From contig NC_092678.1 in the NCBI RefSeq assembly GCF_964355755.1, positions 19,609,365-19,673,364 on the forward strand: a stretch of DNA of 64,000 bases, in the 5' to 3' direction. Shown here one piece after another: positions 1 through 21,892 of this stretch. The notes under the pieces were generated by a model. The model saw only the letters and a list, made by a program, of their open reading frames with translations, was not told the DNA's origin and did not search any database. Source of the stretch: Antedon mediterranea (lineage: Eukaryota; Animalia; Echinodermata). Made by a program: the position numbers and the translations under genes. Position 1 is the first letter of the stretch. Each line of letters starts with the position of its first letter.

Positions 1-586
1 TTAAATTTTTTTTTTTTATTCTGTATAAATATGCAAAAGAAAAACAAAACCGACACAGCGGTATCTATTTAATTTGTTGTATTTTGTAATATTAGCTATT
101 TTGTTTTCAGCTCAAGTCTAATTTATTTTCAGAAGGTATAAGATATTTAATTGAATTTATAAAGCCACTAAACTTTTGAAAAAAATGTTTTATTTTGTTT
201 TTCAGCCTGAATACTTTACTAGACAAGTTTAATTGATTTTCTATTCTTTTTTTCCATCGTTACTTTATTTTACAGTATTTTTTCAAGTTATTATTCATTT
301 TTCGGTGTGAATAGGTATCTTACAGAACATGTTGAAATGCAAGAAACTCGGTTCATTCACAAATAAAAAGAAAAATTTGTATTCTTTTTTTAAACTTGTG
401 CCAAAATACACCCTCTGTGGCAATATTTTGTCAAGTACTTCACTCAGTTTCTGAGTACTTTCATTACTATTTTATTATTTTTTTTTTATAATTAGAAAAC
501 AATTAATGTATGGTTTACAATGGTTACACTAATAATTCTATAACTCGCACAAATTTCGAAATACAGTACTAGTAACTAGACTCTTA

Positions 587-2145
587 TCTATATATAAATT
601 TACGTAAGGGCAAAATTCGGTAAATCGCGCCTTACTTCTATAATTTTTACTCGATGGTATATAAAGTTGGTTCGTACTTTCGGTACTGATTTTAACCACC
701 TGATGTAACCCTGTTTACTAATTAAATTAAGTTAGATAATTAGTTATTGACGATTAAAACGAATTTAGGTTCAACGATTTGCCCCAAATAGGGGTGTTTT
801 CCGATCGTGGTATACACTGTCTAATGGATGTCCATCTTGAAAAATACCCGCCACAAAAATGCGAGGAGGCTTCGCATTTTCCTATCTCCTCCTACGATAA
901 TTGTTTTTAATAGCTGAAAACCGGTTGAACAGTTCGAGTACAGCATCATAATGTTGAAGACAGGCCGATTTTCTTTAAAAAATACTATTTTGATACATTT
1001 AATATACGTTTTTACAAATGTATTGATTTGTGATGAATGGAACATTCCAAATTATTTGGTGTAACCATACAGGTATAGATTTAGATTTATGGGCCCCCTT
1101 GGAGAATAAACATAAATAGTATTGCAATGCTGTACAATACTGTTAAGGTATTAACCTCTTTTGATCGCAATTTGAATCGCAAATTTCTTACTGTGAGTGT
1201 TGGTACTGTTAGATGTAATATAAAAATATATACAAATAAACTTTATTACTGTGAGTGTGGGTAGGCCCTACTGTTAGATTATAAACATATAATATACAAA
1301 TAAACATTCTAAATTATTTGGTTTAACCATAGAGGTATAGATTTAGATTTATGGGCCCCCTTGGAGAATAAACATAAATAGTATTGCAATGCTGTACAAT
1401 ACTGTTAAGGTATTAACCACTTTTGATCGCAATTTGAATCGCAAATTTCTTACTGTGAGTGTTCTGTTAGATGTAATATAAAAATATATACAAATAAACT
1501 TTATTACTGTGAGTGTGGGTAGGCCCTACTGTTAGATTATAAACATATAATATACAAATAAATAAACGTTATTACTGACAGTTGCTTCTCAACGTTTGTA
1601 TTAATTAATAATTTAAAAATATATAAACGTCGTAGTGGTGTATCGTTACATGTACTTTACTATTTCATATCAATCGACTATGACAGTGAGAGTTTTAACA
1701 AAGTACCGTATTAAATCGTAAATGTTTTACTGTATTTAGTGGTATATTATTTATAGGCCTATAAAACATTAAAAACAATATTTCGTTACTGAGTGGATAA
1801 GAATATATTTTAAAATGTTTCCTCTTTGTACCTATCTTCTTCCCCCATCCCTCAACCCTTAATGTTACATACAAAACACAAATTGGGTTTGTTTAAATGA
1901 GTCCAAATAAAAAAATTTGACTCATTTTGTTTTTCTCTCGGAAGTAATTCCCAGGGTGCTAATTTTTGTTGACTACATAAATCATTGTGTATATTTATTC
2001 GTTTCTGTAAACGACAATGTATTATAGTCCTGCGGTACGTACATTTGAAATCTCCATTTTTTTCTCGCTGGAAATACTGTGTATTCGAGAACCATCTGTG
2101 GGCACGACCTAGATGGTACGCGAGCGAAGCGAGCGTGCCATCTAG
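587..2145 (+). mobile_element. Non-autonomous Helitron (family A, copy 1)
   Basis: Starts A|TC (TCTATATATAAATTTACGTAAGGGC). Ends with a GC-rich hairpin and CTAG|T, with no TSD. Homologous copies at 14138-15488, 40645-42480 and 62730-63075. Confidence 0.85.
1043..1565. repeat. ~260-bp tandem duplication inside Helitron copy 1
   Basis: The block cattc(c/t)aaattatttgg...ggcccccttggagaataaac...tacaaataaa occurs twice, starting near 1043 and 1305. Confidence 0.9.
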
Positions 2146-2536
2146 TATTTACAATTTGTCAAGTATAATAATATATCCAAATAATGATTATATTGGTGAA
2201 ATGGAAGTGCATTATGTTTTTGTAATTACAATTTCAAGATTATGTTTTTTAGCATTATTACTTTTTACTACGCAATAGTGGAGTATGGTAATAAAAAGCA
2301 TTAAAAATCGATGATTTCCAAATGAAAGCCAATATCAAATTTTAATATTATAAGATAATTATATTGCTCTGATCTCTCAAATCAATAATATTAATATCTG
2401 AAACCAGCTTACTTGATACTACAGTACCTAGATGATCAAGAGATGAACATACTGTATGATGGTTTAAAATAGGCAACCAGTACAAAAACCAACCATGGTA
2501 TTGGTAGCCTATTATAAAGTTACTGAGTTCTGTTTA

Positions 2537-2683
2537 CTTTGATAAACATAATAGCCTATACTATCATTGAAGAGCATGTTATATAACTCGAAAATACCAC
2601 TCTTCATAAATGGTAAAGTCCACAAACCATGCCCTGAAGTGAGAGCATTCTCACAACATTAGGCTATTGTCGGCTTATCCAGG
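2537..2683. mobile_element. Degenerate small TIR element, paralogous to 6041-6195
   Basis: The right end ggctattgtcggcttatccaggta and the upstream aaccatggt-ttggtag flank are shared with 6000-6197. Confidence 0.55.
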
Positions 2684-2805
2684 TATTTAAGCTACTGTAT
2701 AAGCACAACAAAAATACTTATAAAAAAGAACTTAAAAAGAAAAACATAAAAAACATGATTTTACTAAGAGGATATACAACCAAAATAAACCATTGGAAAT
2801 TGTAC

Positions 2806-13137
<10,332 letters not shown>

Positions 13138-14137
13138 TTCTATATACGCTAATATATTGGCCTAGATAAACCGGAATGTTACTTAAAAAAAGGATTGTTC
13201 TTTCGGCAGCTTTTACAACACGAATGCTTTTCGAAAGTTAAACGAAATTCAAGTTTATCTGTCTGTAAGAAGAGCAATCTGTAGGCATAATAAGCTAACC
13301 TCATTAACCATGCGGGATTAGTTTTCGACTGAATAACCAGATAAAGAGGTATTTGGAGTACGTAATATGTACCACAGACATGGTTGTAGAATATTATTTC
13401 TCAACAGCTTAGGGCGCTTACAGCTTACGAAGACCCATTGGTGACACGGATAACACAAAATAGCTGCCACGCTCGTAGTACGACTTGGTATTGATCCATT
13501 TTTCCATTATTTATATTAATCTGTCCTCATTGAAGTAATATTGGTAACTAAGCATGCATATCGTTCATTATATGCCTGAATATTATTATAGATATGTGCA
13601 GTTGTCTAAATAGGCTATGACTTTATTTTCTTTGTAGGCCTAGTTTTAATTTTCTTAAAGATTGTCCCACTTAAAAAATAATTTTGTTCATTTTTTGTTG
13701 TTGAATATGCCATTTTGAGCAAAAATTGTACCGAAATAATAATTTACCAGAAAAAATACCCCTAATAAATAAAGACAACAAACGGGCAAATTTGTTGCCA
13801 GCAAATGGGTCGGAATTTAATCGAAGTGAAAAAGAAGTCTGAATATAATTGATAAATAAAATATAAATTCTAATATAAATTTGTGTTATTATTATAAATC
13901 CACGTTATCATTTAATTAATTGTCTTTAATGTTCCACATTAAAACGGTATTGAATCTGGCGTTTCATAGGGTTATGCAGTTAGGTTCCATAAGCTGTTAA
14001 AATAAAATATCCTTGATAGTCTGGTATAGTACATATTACGTACTCCGAATGCGCCGCGATATAAAGTGTAATGCAATTGAGGGCGCTAAATAAAAGAACA
14101 ATTGATTGATCATCATATATATCTGGAATTATATCAA

Positions 14138-15488
14138 CTAGCTGATGGTACGGCGGTGGTACGCTCGCTTCGCTCGCGTACCATCTAGGTCGTGACGACC
14201 ACAGATGGTTCTCGAATACACAGTAATTTCAGCGTAGCAAAACTGGCGATTTCAAATGTACGTACCGCAGGAAGGACTATAATACATTGTCGTTTACAGA
14301 AACGAATAAATAGACACGATGATTTATGTAGTCAACTAAAATTAGCACCCTGGGAATTACTTCCGAAGGAGAAACTTATCAAAATGAGTCCAGTTTTGAT
14401 TTGGACTCATTTAATAGAAACCAATTTGTGTTTTGTATGTAACATTAGGGTTGAGGGATGCGAAAGCGGATAGGTACAAAGAGGAACAATTTTTAAAATA
14501 TTCTTTATCTACTCAGTAACGAAATATTTTTTTCATGTTTTATAGGCCTATAAATACTATACCTCTAAATACAGTAAAACATTTGCGATTTAATAAATAA
14601 TACTTTGTTAAAACTGTCACTGTCATAATCGATTGAAATATTAAAGTACATGTCACGATACACTACTACGACGTTTATATTTTTGGTAATTATTAATTAA
14701 TACAAACGTTCAGACAACTGTCAGTATAAAGTCTATTTGTATATAATAATGTGTTTATATATAGAGCCTATCCACAACCTCAGTAATAAAGTTTATTTGT
14801 GTATATTATATTTTTATATTAAATCTAACAGTACGAACATTCACAGTAAGAAATGTTCGATTCAAATGAGGACCAACAATAGTTAATAGGTATTTACAGT
14901 ATTGTCAAAGTATTGCAAGTTTATTCTCAAAGGGCCCATATATTTACCTATCGTATGTGTTAAACCAAAGGATTATACATTTACCTACTTGTGTTAAACC
15001 AAACTCTGGCAGACTGAGAGACTGGGATGTTCCATTCATCGCAAATCAATACATTGTATAAACGTAGGCCTATATTAAATCTATCAACATAGTATTTTTT
15101 AAAAAAAATCGGCCTGTGTTCAACATTATGATGCTGTACTCTAGCTGTTCAACCGGTTTTCAGCTATTAAAAACAATTATCGTAGGAGGAGAGGAAAATG
15201 CGAAGCCTCCTCGCATTTTTGTGGCGGGTATTTTTCAAGATGGACATCCATTAGACGGTGTATACCACGATCTGAAAAGACCCCTATTTGGGGCAAATCG
15301 TTGAACCTAAATTCGTTTTAATCGTCAATAACTAATTATCTAACTTAATTTAATTAGTAAACAGGGTTACATCAGGTGGTTAAAATCAGTACCGAAAGTA
15401 CGAACCAACTTTATATACCATCGAGTACAAATTCTAAAAGTAAGGCGCGATTTACCGAATTTTGCCCTTACGTAAATTTATATATAGA
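14138..15488 (-). mobile_element. Non-autonomous Helitron (family A, copy 2)
   Basis: Reverse-complement homologue of 587-2145, with 5' TC at 15488 and hairpin plus CTAG ending at 14138. Confidence 0.85.
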
Positions 15489-16093
15489 AAATAAACTGTA
15501 TTATGTCACGTCTTTAGGGTCAGCAACCAGGCCTACTCCCCTACCAAAGAAAGCAAAACAACAGATTTTCAATTCCTTAACACTTACGCTAATCGAAAAT
15601 ATTACCGAAAATGAAACATATTTTACAATCCATATAGTTTAAGAGCTTTATTAATGATTAACATTATTAATAAATAAAATGCCTTAATGTAGCCTATAGT
15701 TGTATACATTCTTCAATTAAAGTTTTATTGTTTTTATCAGACTATCTATCAACTGTCCGGTTGCACTCTCTTTTATTTACTCAAAATAATATCAATGCGC
15801 GTTGAATAATAATACACGTCGTCATCTCACTCCCTAGAATCCTAATAATTAGTATATTAAGCAGGCATAGGTGGTGTAGGACACATATAAGGTTGATCGC
15901 AAATAGCTTATTTCGCGAGAAACGTCGTTGCACAATGCAGGATGTGAAGGGTTTGGGAGCATTAGCGCCACCACCAGTATATACGGTAGCGATATTGTTC
16001 CCCAAACCCTTCCCATCGTAGCCTACATCACTCACGCTATTTGCAATAAACCTTATTTTCACGTAGGTAACGTATTTGTTTTATTATTACCAC

Positions 16094-19000
16094 TTAAAGT
16101 ACTTTGTGTACATGCATTACATAACATGTGTGATAATTCTCAGGATCAGAATATTGTTTACGAACGAACGTCCATTTCTGTTCTTTTTCTAATCTCTGCA
16201 CTTCATTGTCAAACTTGCCTTCGTTGTACATTGGCTCAAGATCCTTCCATCGGTTTCGAAATGTGTTAATTACGTAACCACCTGAAATATACGTCATTAC
16301 ATATTATTTCATTATTTTCTGAAGAAATAAATATTATTACTTTCTGAAGAATGTAATCATTTTACATTAGGAAGAAGTGTGATGGCGCTGGCGATGGCGA
16401 AAGAAATAAAGAAAAGGGAAAACAAGAAGAACGGAAGAAAGAAAGAACGAAAAAGGAAACAAAAAACTAAATAAAGAAAACATGAAAAAAGGACAGAAAT
16501 AATTCAACAGAGAGCTGAGCGAATGGCAAGATATACCTACAGGCTTTAAACTGATACGATTTGCGACGACGACGCCACCAACCAACCAACGACAAAACCA
16601 CGTTGTGCGCATGCGGGGATACTAGGACGTGCTAAACTCCCCACTTAACACAGTTGATTGTTTCTAGGTCCACAATCGAATTCTCCCTGATAGTAAGCCT
16701 GATATAAAACCAATTGAATTTGTTGTATAGACACATAGATATTAGAGAAACCGATTTATTTTACCAGGTTTAACGATTCTTATCCATTTTGACAAAACCG
16801 AGATTGGTAAGTGATTGATAGTAAAGCCACCAGAGCAGACAACAACATCATAGGTATCTACAACGTTATCAGAAAAAAAAATTGTTTTAAAACCATGAAA
16901 TCAAATGGATCATTTATAGTATATAGCACACCACCATTCTTTTAAAAAATTGTACACATTAAGCTACCAAGACATTCTTGCCATTTTGAATTCATTGATT
17001 TCGTATCACATGACTTTGGTTGTTTCCCTCCGATTAAGGTTAAAGGTCAATCAACGGTCGGCTTGTAGTTCGTTCAACAAGAAAATAGAAACACAACACA
17101 ATTGATAGGCCTTACCAGTAGCAACACTTAATGGAGCAGCATCGGTTACAAATTCGCTTATAAACTGCGTATATGTCCCGTCTCGTTTCTTGCATTCTTC
17201 TATACAAGCGTGACTTCCGTCAAATGCATCGATATTTGTGTAGCCGATCCCATGTATCTGGAAAAACAAACATTTTTTCACACCCGACAACAACTAATTG
17301 TTGTCAGGTGGTGTGCCCTGCGGCCCAACAACAACTTCCCCCAACACACATACAGTAGGCCTACTAAAAAGGGAAGGTAATTAGATGATTTTTAAAGATC
17401 AATTATTGCTATTGCACAAAATCCTATTTATTTCTTCCTGCACAGATGTTTGTTTAGCGAAAATATAATAATATAGTACGTCATTTATTTAAATCAATCA
17501 TGCATGACGAATAGTAACTAGCGCCATCACAAAGTCAAAAAATCAACTATACCGCCCCAAACCCCCAACATATATACAGAACGAAGATATACATATCCAT
17601 GAAGAAAATTGACGAAAAAAGAAGAAAATAATTAGGTTTTTAAAAGATCAGTTATTGCTATTGCACGAATACTTATTTATATCTTCCTGAACAGATTGTC
17701 TAGCAAAAACAAATATAAATCTATCTATTTTATCATAATAGAAACTAGCCATAAGCTAATTTTCTCTCAACCGGGGCCGAGATGTCATATGAAACGCCAT
17801 TATATTATCTGGTGTCGAGCAGCAACATGTTGCTCTTAGCAGTAAGATACCTCCGGTTAGGGTGAGGGTACATCAGACTTAGGACGAACTTTGATGAAAC
17901 ATTCCGTGGCACGTACATTGACAATAGTATAGAGCTAATGTCGTTCATAGCAAGCAGTAATTAACGACTAGAACACGTCGACACCATTATTATACTGTAT
18001 ACATTACGTTATTGAAATCAATCAAGCATAACGAATAGTAACCAGTGCCATCACGGAGTAGGCGTGTCGTGATGACGAACGAATTATGTTTTTATAATGT
18101 AGGAATACTTACCTTTGTACCAAGGAGCCCGGTACAAGCAGCAAAGTCCAATATTTTCGAATTCTTATCTAGAACCAATTCATTCAAAGTAGTTACCGTC
18201 ATTGTATGTGCTTCGCTTGAAAGAGTACCTATTGCCTAATAACAAAGAATATATATCACAAGAATGAGTAATCCGCTATTTTCCCTGTAACAGTAATATT
18301 ATCCATGTGGTAGGGCGCCGCCAAAATTACAAACAAAAACTATCATAATGTAACTTGTTTGTTGAATTGTTTTTTTTTTTTTTTATGTTTGTATCCGATG
18401 GTTCAGATTCTTTTTGGTAGACACTGTATATGTCATATACATACCAGTTATTACGAGGCGCCGTCCGATACACTACCTAAGCTACAGCGATGAATTGACC
18501 ATTGTTTGTAAAAGACAAACAATGGTTTGTCTATAATAAAGTGACAAACTATGGCGCCCTGAACTTAATCATTGTGTCTGCGCCTAATTGATATGAAATT
18601 AAGTGTACAAAAGTTGTGTAGTATGATCCACCAAAGAGCAAGTCTGTATATTGTCCTTTTTTCACGATGGGCGTATTACACGCATGAAACGCCATATGTG
18701 GCAAAATATCTTTTTAATAACATTAGGCCTAAGTCGAACCAAAGTCTAGAAATAAACAATCATTATTTAGAAAAAAACCCTTTGAAATAGGATTATTTTC
18801 GGTACTGTATATACGGCATATAATTATGTGACACTTGCAATTCTGATCACGCGTCACAGTCTCGAATTATGATACATGACAAAAGGCCTTGCCTATGATA
18901 CTAAATAACGTTTTAACTTCTAGAAGGGATCCATGATAATAATGATTACTGCTTTATGTTCACTTTAATATCTTTTTTTCTATGTTTATATGTTCATTCA

Positions 19001-19214
19001 TTATTATCTGAATAAATGTTATCTGAAAGTGAAATCTGACGTAGGCCTAGAGATAGTACGAATAACCGGGCGGATAATTAGTTATTATGCCCTCCGTAGG
19101 CCTATACTTTACCTCATCAAAAGCTGTTGCTTCTTTGTCGTAAACAGTGCAGATTGTGTCCTTATTGACGGCCCTGTACTTGTCTAACCAGCTCGAAAAT
19201 TGAATAATAGACAT
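16094..19214 (-). CDS. METTL27: METTL27/WBSCR27-like class I SAM-dependent methyltransferase, copy 1 (divergent), 215 aa
   Basis: GT-AG exons 19214-19113, 18235-18113, 17257-17116, 16857-16765 and 16281-16094 total 648 nt in frame. Motifs: VYDKEATAFDE, KILDFAACTGLLG, IDAFDGS, YDVVVCSGGF...NHLP, RIVKPGGY. Confidence 0.88.
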
Positions 19215-19309
19215 CCTTAAAAGTCTACACTCTATGCTCTTGTGTACCGAAGTTGTTCCTCAGTCAGCTCGGTTCAGTGTCAAAATATCATCGGGTGATC
19301 TGGTACTAT

Positions 19310-20151
19310 TGTAACAGGGTAACAGGTATGCTTATACCCAAATACTTGAATGATTTATCTGCTGAATCTGACTTGAATCTGAGAAACCTTGTGGGACCCA
19401 TTAAAGTAAAAGCTGGAATGATAAATGACCATGCTATAAATAGATGAGTCACCTCATCCAAGTGGCGGGAAAATGGTCATGAATATTTAGTGTATAATGT
19501 TTCAGTATGGGTCAGTTCATAAATGGACAAGGGATTTTGTTAATTGATTTGCATTTTTAATAGTTTCTTTTTTGTATAACCGAACTTTAAATTGATAATT
19601 ACATGTGTATGACTCGAGTTACAATACAATCGTTCTGTAAACTATGAAATAACGTTATGGTAAATGTATATACCATCGGTTAAAAATTGTAATAGTACCC
19701 AACTGGGAATGGATGACACTTACTAGTGCCTAGCCCAAAGTGAAGGTTTTCATCTCCTTCCGACTGGTTACTAGGTAAGCATCTATATTTTTATCTCTCT
19801 TAATTTTAGAATTGTTTTACTATAGTTAATATAGTTGATTAGTTATTTGATGTTATACTATAGTTAATGTAGTTGATTAGTTAATTGATTGTTATACTAG
19901 ACACAACGCAATAGTAGCCTATACTGTCGTTAATGATACGATCGATCGATCACTGATATGTTATTTTAAATATAGTAACACTGTTTTTGTTATATCTCCT
20001 TCCGACTGGTTACTAGCTTCAATAAAAGAATTTAACTTTTCCAAACCGAGAACTGTCTCTGTGGATGACTTTATTGTGTTTGTGCCAGTGCTGCAGCTCC
20101 TGAAAATACTACGCGATAAAGCTACGACGCTAGTAGTACGAACCTGTTACA
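19310..20151 (+). repeat. 5' LTR
   Basis: TGTAACAGG...CCTGTTACA (terminal inverted repeat). TATAAA near 19435 and AATAAA at 20021. Repeated at 26824-27665. Confidence 0.97.
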
Positions 20152-20153
20152 TT

Positions 20154-20171
20154 TGGTGCCGTGACCAGGAT
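20154..20171 (+). promoter_or_regulatory. Primer-binding site complementary to tRNA-His 3' end
   Basis: TGGTGCCGTGACCAGGAT, 2 nt after the 5' LTR. It is the reverse complement of the invertebrate tRNA-His 3' end (ATCCTGGTCACGGCACCA). Confidence 0.85.
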
Positions 20172-20814
20172 TTGCTGTTCAGCCAGGAAGGGATCACTCT
20201 CAAGAAAGACTACGATAAGTGCTGATTAGTCTTTTCTTAAGTTTTAACCACAGTTTATATTAATTTATGTACTGTATAATTTTAATACTGCAATTGCTAT
20301 ACTAGTTGACCTTGATAACGTTTGATAAGTGGTATTGCACTTATAGCAATTATTGTTTAAAGAAGACTACATGATCTGTTTTTCTTTTTGTAAATATTTT
20401 TTTAAACAAATTTACATCACTGTCAGTGATTGAACTATTTGTGTTTCTACTATAAACAGTCTGTTGGTAGAGTGACATTTTATTGGTTATTTTCTACATT
20501 GCAAGGTACAAGAATCGAGGTCAATGAAATTATATTAAGTGTTACTGTACACAATTTTTTTATAACACCTGTTCACTTGTATATGCATTTAACTCTATTA
20601 CTTTTGTTTTATTACTATTCACCTGGGGAGATTGTTCTATTGAACATTGTATATCTGCTAATATTTATAAACTATATTATTGTGTTTATATTTTCAATTT
20701 TTTACGAAATTTATTAATTGTGTATATTAATTCGTGTTCGTATTTGAATATCATTTTAAATCATCATTAATTAAACTTACAATTTCTTTTTACGCTCTGA
20801 AATATTGTAATAAT

Positions 20815-21843
20815 ATGGATAGTGCTCCAAATACACCACAGAGAGGCCGAGGTCGTGGTAGGGGGATGATTAGGCGCCCGCAATCAGCACCTATAATGAT
20901 GCCACCAACAATAGAGGTGGGATCCTTTAATAATCCAGTTGTGCCCGTTACCCCGGTAGAACAAAGGGTGATTATACGGCAAGAAATAAAACAACCTGCA
21001 ATATTTCGGGGTGAACACACTGACAAATTGTCCTTTAACGATTGGGAGGATCAGACGCGATCTTATTTAAAGAAGAAAGGTATTCATAGAAGTGAGCAAT
21101 CAGATGAGATTTTGACCTTCCTATTAGGCAAAGCCAAAGCAATCGTAAAAGTTGGGCTTAGATCAAAAACTCTCAGCGAAGCAAATGATCCTGATGTATT
21201 ATTTGATATACTCCGACAGAACTTTAGCGAAGATGTTTTCTCAGATACACCTTTAGCTGAATTTTATGGATGTCGACCCTATGTGGGTGAATCAGCGTTA
21301 GAATTCTGGGCCAGGCTAAACAGGCTCATCATCCATGCCAATGAGGTCCTAAGGCGGAATGGAGGCAGCATGGTAGATGAAGAAATGGAGCTTATCAGCC
21401 AGTTCATTCGACACTGTCCTGATAAAGATCTTCGCGATCTATTCAGAACAAAACCAATCCGACGGTGGGTCATTGACGAAGTTCAAGAACTTATTGAAAC
21501 GCACCACAGAGAGACGAGGTTGAGCTTGAGGCAAAAATCTACTCATCACTTAACAACCAGAGCGGGCGAGGCTCATCAAAATACGGCTATAGACGCCACT
21601 AAACAAGACGTAATTCTCGACCGATTGGTGACAGTGTTGGAACAACTAACAACACAACAACCACAGCAGTATCACCAACAATACCACCAGGATGGGCCAA
21701 ACCAAATTGTATGCAAGGTGTGTGGTGATGGTCAACATAACACCCGGTCGCATTGTATACAAAGTAAACTATGTTTTCGCTGCTTTCAAGAAGGGCACCT
21801 TGGACGCAACTGCCCAACTAAAACGAAAAAATCGGAAAACTAA
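20815..21843 (+). CDS. gag: Gag (PNMA-like capsid, zinc knuckles), 342 aa
   Basis: The ORF runs from the first ATG at 20815. It has FRG...SFNDW capsid motifs and knuckles CKVCGDGQHNTRSHC and CFRCFQEGHLGRNC. Confidence 0.93.
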   Translation: MDSAPNTPQRGRGRGRGMIRRPQSAPIMMPPTIEVGSFNNPVVPVTPVEQRVIIRQEIKQPAIFRGEHTDKLSFNDWEDQTRSYLKKKGIHRSEQSDEILTFLLGKAKAIVKVGLRSKTLSEANDPDVLFDILRQNFSEDVFSDTPLAEFYGCRPYVGESALEFWARLNRLIIHANEVLRRNGGSMVDEEMELISQFIRHCPDKDLRDLFRTKPIRRWVIDEVQELIETHHRETRLSLRQKSTHHLTTRAGEAHQNTAIDATKQDVILDRLVTVLEQLTTQQPQQYHQQYHQDGPNQIVCKVCGDGQHNTRSHCIQSKLCFRCFQEGHLGRNCPTKTKKSEN

Positions 21844-21892
21844 CAAGTCCACGCCCACAGGAGCAAGGTGTGGACAAATCAGGGAATGCTCC
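21834..21892 (+). promoter_or_regulatory. -1 programmed ribosomal frameshift signal (slippery heptamer plus H-type pseudoknot)
   Basis: G GAA AAC immediately before the gag stop, then a 6-nt spacer. Stem 1 is 21847-21855/21867-21875 and stem 2 is 21860-21865/21887-21892. Confidence 0.8.

Noticed and set aside
821-2278. ORFs 821-1045 and 1985-2278 (and similar ones at 14192, 15116, 41140, 41996)
   Set aside because: They lie in non-autonomous Helitron copies, frames are not conserved between copies, and no domain is recognisable.
16380-16510. Purine-rich (GAAA-like) tract giving a Phe-rich ORF (16367-16612)
   Set aside because: Low-complexity intronic sequence, not a membrane protein.
20734-20814. 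GTG-initiated N-terminal extension of gag in the ORF track
   Set aside because: AT-rich leader sequence. The first ATG at 20815 is the more plausible eukaryotic start.
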